61,534 nt of DNA from Azolla caroliniana. Taxonomy: Eukaryota > Plantae > Polypodiophyta. The notes below the pieces were generated by a model. It ran no database searches and was not told the origin of the DNA. It saw nothing but the letters and a program-made list of their open reading frames with translations. The stretch covers positions 1-61,534 of the forward strand of contig JBHGNT010000171.1 of assembly GCA_043228905.1 (NCBI GenBank), read 5' to 3'. The position numbers and the translations under genes are program-made. This document shows positions 12,828-25,740 of the stretch, one piece after another. How positions within the stretch are numbered: the stretch's first letter is position 1; every line of letters begins with the position of its first letter.

Positions 12828-15800
12828 GCCCAGATGGATGTAGCTCAGTTGGTAAGGTTGCCCAATGGAGACCAGGTGGTCATGGGTTCAACCCCTACAT
12901 TCCACAGTGGCATCTAGTGAATTATGAGATATATAAGAAGTATATAATAGAGAGGTGAGGAAGTTGGGTTTCGAACCCACAACGTAGTGCTTGTAGTGCT
13001 AACAACTTACCACTAGGGTAAGGTAATTACGATAAAAAAAAGAAGAGAGAGAGAGAGCTCTAAACAAGAAAACTGTATATTACCTCCAATAATTACTCAG
13101 ATACAAAAGGTTGGTTTAAATACCAACTAGTCTAGGGCAAATGCCCTTTCTACTAACTACAAATTTATCCTAGTAAGTTGTCCATTGACTAGTGTGAACA
13201 CTGTCCCTATGGGAAGTTGAGTTCGATTCTCAACACACCCCTTTGAACACAACTTTCGGATGCCAAAAGGTTGTTTCGATTCAATCTTCGAAAACTTCGA
13301 TTCAGCTGAATTGGCTTTCGGTTTTTCGCCCGAATATCTGAATCGGTTTTCGGATTTGTTATCTGGTGGTCGACGATTACTGATATTTTTCAGTATTTTC
13401 AGTACTCCCCCTCAAGCTTGGCAATGTAGATATCATGAGACCTAGGTCTATCATAAATTGTTCGAGCTTGTCAACTCATAAGGCCTTAGTGAAGATGTCA
13501 GCAACCTGTAGATTCGTGCTGATGTGTTGTAAATCGACATCTCCAGCTTGAACATGCTCATGGATGAAATGGTAATGTAGTTCGATATGTTTAGTGCACG
13601 CATAGAGCACTGGGTTCCGACCTAGGTAGATATTGCTCATGTTGTCGCAGTATAAGCGAACCGGATCCGTGATGGGAGCGGAGTGCCCAGGTCCTTCAAA
13701 ATGCGTTTGAGCCAAATAGCTTCGCACACGGCGACTGCCGCGCCCCTATATTCGGCCTCTGTGCTCGATAGTGCGACTGTTGGCTGCTTCTTGCTACTCC
13801 AGGAGATTGCTTCGATGCCGAAGGAGAAAACGAATCCAAAGGTTGAACGTCTATCGGCCTTATAGCCTGCTTAGTCCGCGTCTGTGTACCCTTCGAGTCG
13901 AATAAGCGTATTTGACTTATACATGATGCCATAATCCATCGTCGTACTGACATACCGAAGTATCCTCTTAGCGCAATTGAGATTATCATTTCGTGGGTTC
14001 TGCATGAATTGGGTAAGTAGGCCAAATGAATAGCTGAGGTCAGGTCGTGTGATGGTTAGATATATTAGGCTGCTGATCAGTTGTCGATACTGAGTCGGAT
14101 CGCATTCGGTTATGCCCGAATCGACATCGAGCTTGAGATTTCTGTCGAGAGGGGTAGACAGAGGTTTGCACTCGGTCATTCCGAACTTGTAGAGTAAGTT
14201 GAGAACGTAGTGCCGTTGAGAGATCAATATCCCTACTGGTGTTTGAATTACTTTGATACCAAGGAAGTAATGGAGCTCGTGCATATCTTTCATTTCGAAT
14301 CTACCGGATAGGAGTGATTTTACCTTATTAATCTCGACGAGATCTTTTCTTCCGATGACCAGATCATCCACGCACAGGATGATGACAATCGGGTTGTTCA
14401 ACTTGTTTCGGATGTACAGGGAGTTGACTGATTTCGACATTCGAAAGCCAATTTGATGAAGATATTGAGTAATCGTTGAATGCCAAGCACACGATGCTTT
14501 GTTAAGGCCGTAGAGTGGCTTCTTTATTCTACATACTGCTTTCAGATGATTTTTCGATTTAACACCCGGGGGTTGAATCATGAAGACCTCTTCTAATTCT
14601 CCTTGGAGGAAGGCGTTCTTTACGTCCATCTGGTGGAGATGCCACCCTTTCGCCGCTGCGAGTGCAATAACTATCCGCACCATTGCCATCTTTGCCACCG
14701 GGGCAAAGGTTTCCTCGTAATCGACGCCATGCGTTTGTGTGTATCCTTTTGCGACGAGTCACGCTTTGAAGCATTTTACTGAGCCATCAGCATTGTATTT
14801 GACCTTATATATCCATCTGCAACCAATTGTTTTCGTGTGACGTGAATGGGGAACAAGATCCCATGTCTCGTTTTTGCACAAGGCATGCATTTCTTCATTC
14901 ATCATGTCGACCCATCGCGGGTCCTTCACGGCTTCAGAAAATGTTTCCATTGTCCTTCAGGTCTTCATATTATGGCATTTTGGCCTTCCCCTCGGAGTCG
15001 GCCGAGGTGTGCTATGATCACTCGGAGGCTCTTGTTGGCCACTCAGCCTTGTCGTAAGTGGGTTGTCTTCGTACATGTGTCCGAGTCGATCTGTATCTAA
15101 CATCTCTTGATCGGCTGATTCTGAGTCAAAATGAGTTAAAATTGAGGTTGTCTCTAGTGCGTACCAGGATGCTCACTCGTCGAAAACGACATCTCGACTC
15201 ACACAAACCTTTTGAGTAGAGGGGTTATAACACTTGCATCCCTTTTGCTCCAGTGAGTATCCTATGAGGATACATTTCTCCGACTTTGGGTCAAGCTTTT
15301 GTCACTTCTCGTCGGGGATGTGCACGTATGCAAGGGAGCCGAAAATTCTAACATGTGAAAGGTCTAGCTTCTTTCCGTAAAACTTCTCGTGCGGGGTAAC
15401 CTCATGCACGCCGGATGTTGTACACCGGTTCATTAGATATACAACTGTGTTAGCCGCTTCTTCCCAGTATGATTTTGGCAGGTTCTTCTCGTTCATCATT
15501 GCCCGTGCAACCTCTATTATATGCCGATTCTTTCGCTCGGCTACACCATTTTGTTTAGGTGTGTGTCGGCATGAGAATTTTCATTGTATTCCTTCCTTTC
15601 AGAGATATGTTGTAAACCCGTCCGAGACAAATTCTTTGCCTCCATCCGATCGAAGGCAACATACATGCCAACCCATGGCTTTTTCGACTTCATTTTTGAA
15701 CCTTTGGAACTGTCCGAACACTTAGCTCTTCTGTCTCATCAGGTAGATCCAGGTGTGCCTTGAGAAGTCATTGATGAATGTGACATAGTATCGGCAACCG

Positions 15801-16632
15801 CCGAATGTGGCTGTCTATGCCGGTCCCCATACATCTGAATGTACTACATCCAAGATCCCTTTGCTCACATTCCTTTCTTTCGGGAATGGATGTCGGTGTT
15901 GTTTTCCGAATTGGCATACTCCGCATACGCCTGTAATCTCCTTCTCGGTAAAGTTTGGGAGTCCGATTACAACTCCTTTCGATTGCATGTTCTGGAGCTT
16001 TTGGAGATTAATGTGGCCAATTCTCTTGTGCCACAGTTTCAAGTCGGTTTCAACTTTAAGACCTTTAAATGCATACATTACTGACTTTACCTTGTTTGAT
16101 TCAAGGATAAACATTCTTCCTTCTCGGCGGCCGTGAGCAATGAGGTGGCCTTCTTTTTCGATGAAGCACCCTTCATCATTGAATTGCACTTGCATCCCTT
16201 GTTCGACAATCTGGCCTACTAAGACCGGGTTTTTAGTGATGGTTGGGACATGCAAGAAATTTTTGAGGTAGGTTTGTTTGCCATGATTCTTGAATGGGAC
16301 GTTTCCAATGTGCCGTATTGAATGAATCGTGTCATCAACAGTTTTGACATAACCGGGCTGATCGGGCTTTCGTAATTCTCGGAACCAATCTTCATGAGAC
16401 ATCATATGATTGGATGCTCCTGAGTCAACAAACCACACATTATCCGAGGTTGAGGTGCTTGTCTCACCTTGTGTTGACATCAAATGCGCTTTGTGCCTCA
16501 TCATAAACATTCCGCCACAATCATGGTAGTCGGAATTCGAGGTGTAATTCGTAAGTTGTCGGCTGGTCGACGCCAACTCTTGCTTCATCTTTTGGCACTC
16601 CTCTTCACAGTGGCCAAGTTTTCTACAGTACC
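12765..16632 (-). mobile_element. Ty1/copia element A, 5'-truncated (gag knuckle, PR, INT, RT, RH, 3' LTR at about 12765-13235)
   Basis: WFVDSGASNHM, LWHKRIGH, QMDVKNAFL, CVDD, YTDAD, KHIELHYHF. The LTR matches 50418-50700 in reverse. Left LTR boundary is approximate. Confidence 0.9.
12828..13042 (+). mobile_element. tRNA-derived SINE-like insertion in the (GA)n tract of the copia-A LTR
   Basis: A-box TAGCTCAGTTGG (12841), B-box GGTTCAACCCC (about 12885), A8 tail 13034-13041, flanked on both sides by AA(GA)nGCT. Absent from the homologous LTR at 50418. Confidence 0.7.
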
Positions 16633-18951
16633 CATGAGGGTTGCTGTCGAAGAACCCATTAGGAAGGGGAAAACTATGCCTACCTATAAGCTAAGGTCGG
16701 ACATAGAATAGACGACAGACTTGAAGAAGATTCTCGAGGAATGTGTCTTGATAGCCACGTGACCTTGTCCTTGAGGGAATTGCTCGACATTACGAAAAAA
16801 GAGTTCCATGATACGATCATGGACCTTGTAAAGACGAGGAAGAAGAGAACCCACAAAAAATGAAAGCAAAAGCAAATGCCATAATGATGACAAGGGACGA
16901 AGTCAATGAAGATATGGTGGACAACCACTATACTTGACCTCATTGGGCATGAGCGATGACGGAGACACCAGTAAAGTTGGGAGAAAGAAAAGAAATAGTT
17001 GTGGCTTTAATAGACCATGGGTCCGAGATCAACCTTATGTTGACTGAGGTCTACAAAAAGGGAAGATGAACCATAAATATGAATCATGGGTGGAAGATCT
17101 GTGCGGCAACAAAAGCTACTGAAGACCTGTATGGCGCATGTCCTAGTGTCCCCATCACGACTGGCTATGTCGAGATAGAACTACAGTTATTTGTTCAAGA
17201 CTCACATCCCATCCTATTATTCTAGGACAACCGTACATAACATCGTCCCGAATGGAAACCAAAGTATTCGACAATGGTATGACATTTGCTTGAGTAAGAA
17301 GTCTTGACGGGAAGAAGGCCGTACATTTCTTGATTGTACGTGCCAACCACGAAAGGAACCGGGATAGTCTCGGAGAAGCTACCTTAGATTTTTAGATTAG
17401 GCTATTTGCGAGTGGGACATGAATAGTCCAAACAAGAAAATACCCTGAAGAAGGAAGAAGGAGGGTTATACGTAGCCCCTAATGGAGTGTGCAAAATAAG
17501 CACATTTGACAAAGAAGAGAAGCCTCGAATGAAAGCTTCGAGGAAGCATTAAGGGAAGAACAAATAATGGAAGGTGATGAAAGCATCAAATGGGTTATGG
17601 AGGAAGCCTCATTTAACGAGACCATTGGTGAAATGGAGAATGGTGTGGACGCGGGCCATTGAAATGTATGTTGCCATCAACGAGTATAAACAGAGTATCA
17701 TGGCCGAGGTAGTCGAAGTGAACACAAAATACAAAACAATGGACAAGAAAAAAAAGCCTATTGTTATTCTGCTACCCGAGGATAACTGGCAAAGAATGAA
17801 GGTAGTTGCATGGGATCCAAGCCTAAGGGATCTAAATGAAATAGGGCATGTCTTCACTGGTGAAACCCGGAAGAAGCTCAAAGTTGGTGGGGGTGAGCTT
17901 TTGCTACCCAAAGTTCTGGGAAATGTTGGAGCGGCACGGGAAAGCATTTGCCTTTTCCCCACAAGAGATCGGATGTGTTGACCTAACAGTTGTGGAACCA
18001 ATGGTTATCTTCATAATACTCCATGTACCATGGAACTTGAAGCCGATTCCCATTCCGAGAGCTCACCTTCCAAAATTGCTAGAGCTATTAAAGGAAAATA
18101 TTAGAATGGGAATCCTTGAGCCATCTAATGCGCCTTATTCAAATAGGTTGTTCATGGTGCTGAAGAACAACGGAGCACTTCGATTTATCCAAGATCTGCA
18201 ACCGGTAAACAAGGTCACCATTTGTAATGCTAGGATTGGACCCAGTGTTGATGAGTTTGCCGAACTTTTGCGGGAAGGTCCATCTACTCGATTGGAGACG
18301 TGTATTCTGGATCCAAACAATTTCAACTATCTTTGTATAGTCGAGACATCACAACGATGTAGATTCCCATCGGGCTAGTAAGGATGTGTACATTACCACA
18401 AGGTGCAACTAACTCGGTGGCTCATATGATGAATGCCATGAACAAAGTACTAAGAGACTGCATCCCAGATATTACAATGCCTTTCCTTGATGATATCCCT
18501 ATAAAAGGGTGCCTTGAATTAGAAAAGGATGAGTCTTTAGATCAAGATGGATGTCAAAGATTTGTTTCAAACCATATTGAAGAATGTGAGGGAGTGCTAC
18601 AAAGACTAGAAGGTGCAAGGCTCACATTCTCTAGAGAAAAATCGGCATTCGGCCAATGCGAGGTCCTAATAGTGGGACATCTTTGCGGACCATACGGACA
18701 GAAACCCTCTTCTGAGAAGGTGAATGCTATTCAAGATATGCGAGAGAAATGTGGGACACAGACAGAAGTCCGAAGATTCTTAGGAGCATGTGCGTTCTAC
18801 CATATTTGGATTCCACACTATGCTTATGTGGTTGAACCTTTGTATAGCTTACTGATAAAGGGAGAAAGTTCAAATGGGAACCAATACACACAGAGGCGAT
18901 GAAGAGGCTAAAAGGGATGCTGGTGGCGACACCAGCTTTAAGAAAAGCCGT
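16633..18951 (+). mobile_element. Gypsy family B internal fragment (late gag, protease, RT, start of RH), degenerate
   Basis: ALIDHGSEINLM, PWNLKPIPIP, LRFIQDLQPVN, LPQGATNSVAHM, PFLDDIPIKG, VRRFLGACAFY. Confidence 0.88.
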
Positions 18952-19132
18952 TGTTGTGAAAATCCGTCACTATGTGCGGATCGTGAGGCGGAACCGCCCG
19001 AGTTATGGATGGGAAGGAAATAGGGCTCACACGCACAACACAAGGAAGTTTTACACAAACAAGGCACGAGTATTCGAATGTGTTTGTGAAAAGGAGACGT
19101 GCATGGGCAAGCCCGAATCAACCCCTAATCAC
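18952..19132 (-). repeat. 3' end of a family-B LTR inserted antisense into family-B pol
   Basis: Reverse complement of about 57755-57933. Confidence 0.88.
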
Positions 19133-20096
19133 TGTGGGGAATAGCGCGGAATATTGCTCGGCCACAACCGAGTCTTGAACACTTCACTAACAATGAATCA
19201 TAGAAATGGGAAGTGGAGAGTACACAACGGAAATACACAGGATGTTTACGTGGAAAACCCTAAATGGGAAAAACCACGGGAGCCCACAGACTCCAACTAT
19301 CATTATAGGAGAAAGGTACAAGCAGAGCCTCGGAGGCAACGACCTCGAGCTCTGTATCTTCGCCAACTGGCAGTTACAACAGAGTATCGCTCTGTAACAA
19401 CACCAATAACAACAACAATAACAACACACACTCAAAGTGATTGCCCTAAGTCATATTTATACTTATATGAACTTAGGGATATTTACAAATATAGCCTCAA
19501 TAGGCTTACTCAAAACATATTTACAAATATGTCTTCTCTTCCGATTCTCACCGGGTCTCCTCCGGTTTCCAGATCTCTTCCCGTTCTCACCGGGTCCTCT
19601 TCATTCATCACTGGGTCCCATCTAGAGGGACCGATTTCCCAACAATCTCCCCCTTCACTCCAACATGGGATGTCTCGTCAGCCCGATCCGCTCTCGGCAC
19701 GCGTCCAACCGACCCGTTCTCCTCCATGTCGATCTTCGTCAGCATGAACTCTTGATATTCTACTCTCTCTCGGATCCAGTGGTACCTCTGCTGGATATGT
19801 TTCGTGCGGGAATGGTAGGCCGCGTTCTTTGCAAGGTGGATGGTGCTTTGACTAGAGCTGGTATTCCTCTTGTTGGATCCCTAGCTCTCCGATGAAGTCC
19901 TTCATCCGGATTATCTCCTTGCCGGCTTTTACAACTATCATGTACTCCGCCTCCGTGGTTGACAATGCAACCGTCTTCTGCAACCTGGACTGCCACGAAA
20001 TAGCTCCCCTTGCATAAGTCATGACATATCCGGATGTTGACCGACTAGTATCTGCATCAGCCAACATATCCGAATCCGTGTAACCATCGAGTTGGT

Positions 20097-21118
20097 GTGG
20101 AAACGACGGCCGGACAGAATGACAGATGCAGAGAAGGTCGTCAGGAGAAGACCGATGTAGAGAAGAAAGAGAAGACATATGCAGAGAAGAAAAAGAAGAA
20201 AGGAGGGAGACGAGAAAAACAGACGAAGAAGAAATCAGAAGAACAAGAAGATACAGACAAAAAGAGAAAAAGACAAAAAGAAGAAGAAGAGGGGCAGAGA
20301 AGAAAATTTGAAGAAAAAGGGCATTCGACAAAATTTCAGAACCGTAAGGGCAGAGAGGAAAATTTCAATAATTCGAGGGCATAGCATTGAATTTCAGAAG
20401 CTCGAGTGCAGAAGAGAAAATTTCGAAAACACACGGGCCGAAAATATAATTTCAAAAAATTTGAGGGTAAACATTTTAGAGACCAAGGGTACAAAATACA
20501 AAGCTCAATTCACATGACGAAACCGAAAAATACACATACATGTAACAGAATCATGAAAGGCCCATGCCGCAATGGAGGAGCCAATTGAGCGACATGCTAA
20601 CCGAACGAGAAGGTTCGAGTCAAGCAATGCTCCGATCGAAGTTATTGATCGTAGAGCTATGATCCGGTCTTTGGATTTCCGACCGTTGAGACGACCGATG
20701 GAGTTCCGTTCGTTAATAGTTGCCATGGCGAGTGGGTTCACCGTGCGATGCACTGTCCCACAGGCGTGCCATGTGTTACCCGTAGGAGTTGTACGAGGCG
20801 GTATAAGGGTAAAACTCGTTAAAGGGGTTGTTCGGTATGTGTAATGTATATGAGTGTGAGGATGACTATGTGTGAGCACATGCACAATTATGTGCATGTG
20901 ACAAGAATGTAACGGTCTCTTCTTGTAACAGACATATTATTTACCGTTACATTATGTATTATATAAACCCCTTATGGGGCATGTAATGAAGATAGTTTTT
21001 TCCCCTCTCATTTTGGTGTCATTTCCTATTTGTCCCTCTCTCTAGCTCTCTCCCTAACGTAACCCCCATGGGAGGGGGGTGAAGCCATTCTAGGCTTCAC
21101 CCCCCCACCCCAATAACA
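20097..21118 (+). mobile_element. 3' fragment of a further gypsy-type element (gypsy-3): 3' non-coding region and LTR 20774-21118
   Basis: LTR TGTTACC...AATAACA with TATATAAA. Preceded by the same tRNA-like motif as gypsy-1 and gypsy-2. Interrupts copia-C INT. Confidence 0.75.
20732..20773 (-). promoter_or_regulatory. Inverted PBS-like site at the PPT position of gypsy-3
   Basis: Plus strand GTGGGTTCAC-CGTGCGATGCACT-GTCCCACAGGCGTGCCA-TG then LTR. Confidence 0.75.
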
Positions 21119-24100
21119 ATCCCACACCTGGTAACCAAACTCATCATCTTCGTATCCAAGGAATATGCATGTCTTGGACTTTGGATCCAGCTTTTCTCTC
21201 TTGTCCTTTGCAACATGCACATATGCGAGACACCTGAACACCTCCAGATGCCGGTAAGATACAACTTTACCGGTTCATACTTTCTGAGGTGAGTCTCCTT
21301 TCAAGGGTGTTGAGGGTGATCTATTTATCACATAGGTCGTCATCGTCAGCACCTCAGCCCAAAATGTCTTGGGTAACTTTGCATGTGCAAGCATGCTCCA
21401 GACTCTCTCCATTATGGTCTGGTTCATCCTTTCTGCCAGCCCGTTTAGTTCTGACGTCTTCGGCATAGTAAACTCAAGCTGGATTCCCTTCGACCGGCTG
21501 TACTCCTCGAATTACCCTTGATATTCACCTCCGTTATCTCCTCGAACCACCTTTAGCTTCCGGCCGGTTTCTCTTTCCACTCTCACGTGGAGCTCCTTGA
21601 AGACGGATAACACCTGATCCTTTGTCTTCAATGGTGAGACTCACAACTTCCGTCATCTATGAACGCCACGAAGTACTGTGATCCGGCATTTGACTTCGTG
21701 TCCACTTGACACGTCGGTATGCACCAGCTCCAGTGGTGCATTCCATCTCATCGGTGGTCTTGACCGGAAGGAGGTTCGGTTTTGCTTGCCGACCAAGCAA
21801 TCAACGCACTTCTCAAGTTGCACGTCCTTCACCGGAATGAGGTTGTCTTCGGCAAGCCTCTTCATCCCCTTCTCACTCATGTGTCACAGTCTTTTGTGCC
21901 ACAGCTCACCGGTAGTGGCGGATGCTATGTTCACTTCTTCCCGACATATCCGGGCATTCATCAAGTACAGAGTGTTGACCTTCCGGGTTCGGGTCACAAT
22001 CAAGCTTCCCTTGCTGAACTTCATGAGTTCGTTCCAGATGCTACCCGTGTAGCCTTCATCATCTAGCCGACCGGCTGATATTAGGTTCAGTCGAACCTCC
22101 GGAACGTGTCGGACATCCTTCAACATCAACGTGCATCCGGTTGATGTCGTCAACAACACATCTCCTATGTTGATAATTCGGCATGTACCTTCATTCCCCA
22201 TCCGGACACAACCATGATCATTGGCTATGTAGTATGAGAAGCATTTCCAATCCGGTGTCAGGTGGAACGACGCTCCGGAATCGACAACCCACGTTGTCTC
22301 GTCGTTGACAAGGTTTAACTCATTCTCTTCGGTAATGAGCATCAGTTCTTCTTCACTTGTCACGATTGTCGACGTTCCCTTCCGATCCGGGCCTCTCCGG
22401 TCCGAACCGTTTTGGTCCGAACTCTTCTTCGAATCAGTAGTGCCGGTTTATTTCTCCTTCCGGAAATGCCGATAGTTCTTCTGGAAGTGTCCCGACTTCC
22501 CACAATAGAAGCATGTGGGCCTCCCCCTTGACTTCGACCTCGTCCCCGATTTGTCCCGGTTTTGGGGACTCCAATACCGGCCTCTTCCCCGGTTCCGTGA
22601 CTAAGGCCTTCGGATCGGTTCCGAACTCCCGGTTCTTCCAGCGAGCTTCTTCATCTAGCAAGCTTGATTTTACCCTCGCTAGGGACAACTATTTTCCTTC
22701 CGGCCCGGCGTTGCCCAACGTGACAACTAACGTCTCCCAGCTATCCGGAAGGGAATTGAGTAGGAGCAATGTGAGTACCTCATCGGCGAGAGGTACTTCC
22801 AACGAGGTTTCTTGATGTATCAGCCCCTGGAAGACATTCATATGCTCTGCCATACTGGAGCCGTCCTGGTATCAGAGCCTCACTATCTTCTAGAATACCG
22901 AAACCCGATTAACGCCATTCTTGTTCTGGAACATGATGCCGATCTTCTCCCAGATTTCATGAGCCTTGCTCTCTTCATTGAAGTTGTTGTACAGGCTCAT
23001 GTTGATGAAGCACCGGATGTATGCCGTCGTCTTCATTTGCATCACCTCCCACACTGTGGCGTCGATCTTATCCAGTCCCTTGTCCCCGAACTGAACCGGC
23101 AACCAAAGATCTTTAACCACCAACATATCCCTCATCTTCGACTTCCACAATGAGTAGTTGGAGCCGGTGAGCTTGAACATGCCGCCGAACGATTCTTCCA
23201 TTTCCTGTGTTGTTCGCTCTAATACCAGATTGTGGGGAATAGCGTGGAATATTGCTCGGCCACAACTGAGTCTTGAACACTTCACTAACAATGAATCACA
23301 GAAATGGGAAGTGGAGAGTACACAAAGGAAATGCATAGGATGTTTACATGGAAAACCCTAAATGGGAAAAACCACGGGAGCCCACGAACTCCAACTATCA
23401 CTATAGGAGAAAGGTACAATCAGAGCCTCAGAGGCAACGACCTCGAGCTCTGTATCTTCGACAACTGGTGGTTACAACAGAGTATCGCTCTGTATCTCAC
23501 TCTCTCTCTCTCTGTCACTCTCACTGTACAACAATATAACAACAACAATAACAACACACACTCAAAGTGATTGGCCTAAGTCATATTTATACTTTAATAT
23601 ATGAACTTAGGGCTATTTACAAATATAGCCTCAATAGGCTTACTCAAAACATATTTATAGATATGTCTTCTCTTCCGGTTCTCACCGGGTCCTCTTCATT
23701 CATCACTGGGTCCCATCTAGAGGGACCAATTTCCCAACAATCTCCCCCTTCACTCCGGCATGGGATGTCTCGTTAGCCCGATCTGCTCTCGGCACACGTC
23801 CAACTTGTTGGTCGTCAACACCTTGGTCAGCATATCCGACCCATTCTCCTCCGTTTGGATCTTCGTCAGCACAAACTCTTGATATTCTACTCTCTCCTGG
23901 ATCCAGTAGTACCTCCATTGGATATGTTTCATTCGGGAATGGTAGGCCGCGTTCTTTGCAAGGTGGATGGTGCTTTGACTATCGTAGTAGAGCCAGTATT
24001 CCTCCTGTTGGATCCCTTGCTCTCTGATGAAGTCCTTCATCCAGATTATCTCCTTACCGACTTCTACAGTTGCCATGTACTCCGCTTCCGTGGTTGACAA

Positions 24101-24197
24101 TGCAACCGTCTTTTGCAGCCTAGACTACCACGAAACAGCTCCCCCTACATAAGTCATGACATATCCGGATGTCGACCGGCTAGTATCTGCATCAGCC

Positions 24198-24865
24198 TGT
24201 GAAAGGAGAGGTGCATGGGCAAGCCTGAACGCTCCCTTGCCACAAGTCGCATGAACACACAAGCAAGATTTACACTAACACGGAAGACACGAAAGTTTGA
24301 ATGCCTTTGTGAAAGAAGAGGTGCATGGGCAAGGCCGAAACGCTCCCTTGTCACAAGACACACAAACAAATAAGCAAAAATGACAATAACATATAAGATA
24401 CGTAAGTTTGAATGCCTTTGTGAAAGGAGAGGTGCATGGGCCAGCCCAAAATGCTCCCTTGTCACAAGACATACAAACAAATAAGCACAAATGACAATAA
24501 CATATAAGACACGTAGGTGAAACCAAACATTAGTTTATTGCAATATAATAGATTCTTTTATAAAATAAGAATCAATTTTACAACGGGTTTGATATGAATA
24601 TGAGAGATAATTTATAAAGGAAGGGGGAAGAGAGGTGGAGGAAAGAAGAGAGTGGAATATAGAAGAAGGTGATTCTTTGTTGATGATTCCTCTCGATGTT
24701 GTTGATCCTTCTTCTTATACCTTCCAATTGAGTAGATCTTCCATGTTCCTTCTCCCTCCCCCCCTTCTTCACTAGAATAGGCTCTTTTTTATAGGTTTAG
24801 GATTGCTTGCCTTTTTCCCCTAAAAAAAAGCTTGTCTATATGAGTCGACTTTTCTTTCCCTCACT
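24198..24865 (-). repeat. Continuation of the antisense family-B LTR, including 111-bp repeat units
   Basis: Reverse complement of the LTR region from about 56412 onward. Homology stops abruptly at 24865. Confidence 0.88.
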
Positions 24866-25427
24866 GGGTGGAAGCACGCTACGGTGTACCAGAAAAGTAC
24901 TATTTTTTGCCACAAAAAGTCAGTCCTGTCGATACTGTTAGTACTAAATAATTGAGAAAAAAAAACAATTTTGGGGAGTGGGGTGAGTGTAGTACAAGTG
25001 TCATTTAAGACAAGGAGTGGGGGGAACATGTGAGGAGATGTTCTTTCCATTTTGGGGGCCATTTTCCCCTCACGTCGTTTTTGGCGCTTCCCCTCAAACC
25101 AACTCCTCTTACTCCTCTTCCTCTATCCCTCTGAGCTCTTCATCTCAAACATCCATGTCAGGTTTCTGGTTTTCCTCCAATGTAAGAGGTTTGTGAGGGT
25201 TTATGGAGCATATCTCAGACATCCATGTTAGGTTTTTGGTTTTGAGTTGAGGATTTCTTGTTTTGTTAGGGTTTCTGTTTTAGGGAGTGAGTTGAGGATT
25301 AGAGACTATTCTGAGGCCTCTTATAACAGCCAATAGTGACTTCTTCGAGAACGATTTTCTTGCTTCTTCCACCGATTGCAATTTATCTCACGATGATTTG
25401 AGGCTTTTTCCACCACGGCGAGGATCC

Positions 25428-25740
25428 TTCCACCAAATCGAGGCGGCATATCACACAGATTCAAGGCTCCTTCCACCATTGGAGGTTCCTTCCACCAAAT
25501 TGAGGTGACATATCACATAGATTCAAGGCTCCCTCCACCATTGGAGGTTCATTCCACCAAATCGAGGCGGCATATCACACAGATTTAACGCTCCCTCCAC
25601 CATTGGAGGTTCCTTTTTCGCTCGCCGCTACTAACGGAGTCTCAGTTGATTTCCTTTCCTTTAGCTACAATGATGTTTCAGTTCAATCGAGGCAGCATAT
25701 CACATAGATTCAACGCTCCCTCCATTATTGGAGGTTCCTT
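25428..25740 (+). repeat. About 61-bp subterminal tandem repeat (3 copies plus a displaced partial copy)
   Basis: Unit close to TTCCACCAAATCGAGGCGGCATATCACACAGATTCAAGGCTCCTTCCACCATTGGAGGTTCC. Confidence 0.85.

Larger units (their letters stand above)
19133..24197 (-). mobile_element. Ty1/copia C in tandem form: LTR 19133-19644, internal region, LTR 23231-23739, then RH end of a second copy
   Basis: Both LTRs read TGTGGGGAA...CCCAACA and are followed on the plus strand by ATCTCCCCCTTC (PPT) and RH. PBS TGGTATTAGAGC at 23216-23227. Gag/PR/INT at 21119-23200; RT mostly deleted. Confidence 0.9.

Noticed and set aside
12836-12904. Functional tRNA gene
   Set aside because: The anticodon and D arms do not pair convincingly, and it lies in an A-tailed insertion.
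25428-25740. Repeat array superficially like CRISPR
   Set aside because: Units are head-to-tail with no unique spacers, there are no cas genes, and the context is eukaryotic.
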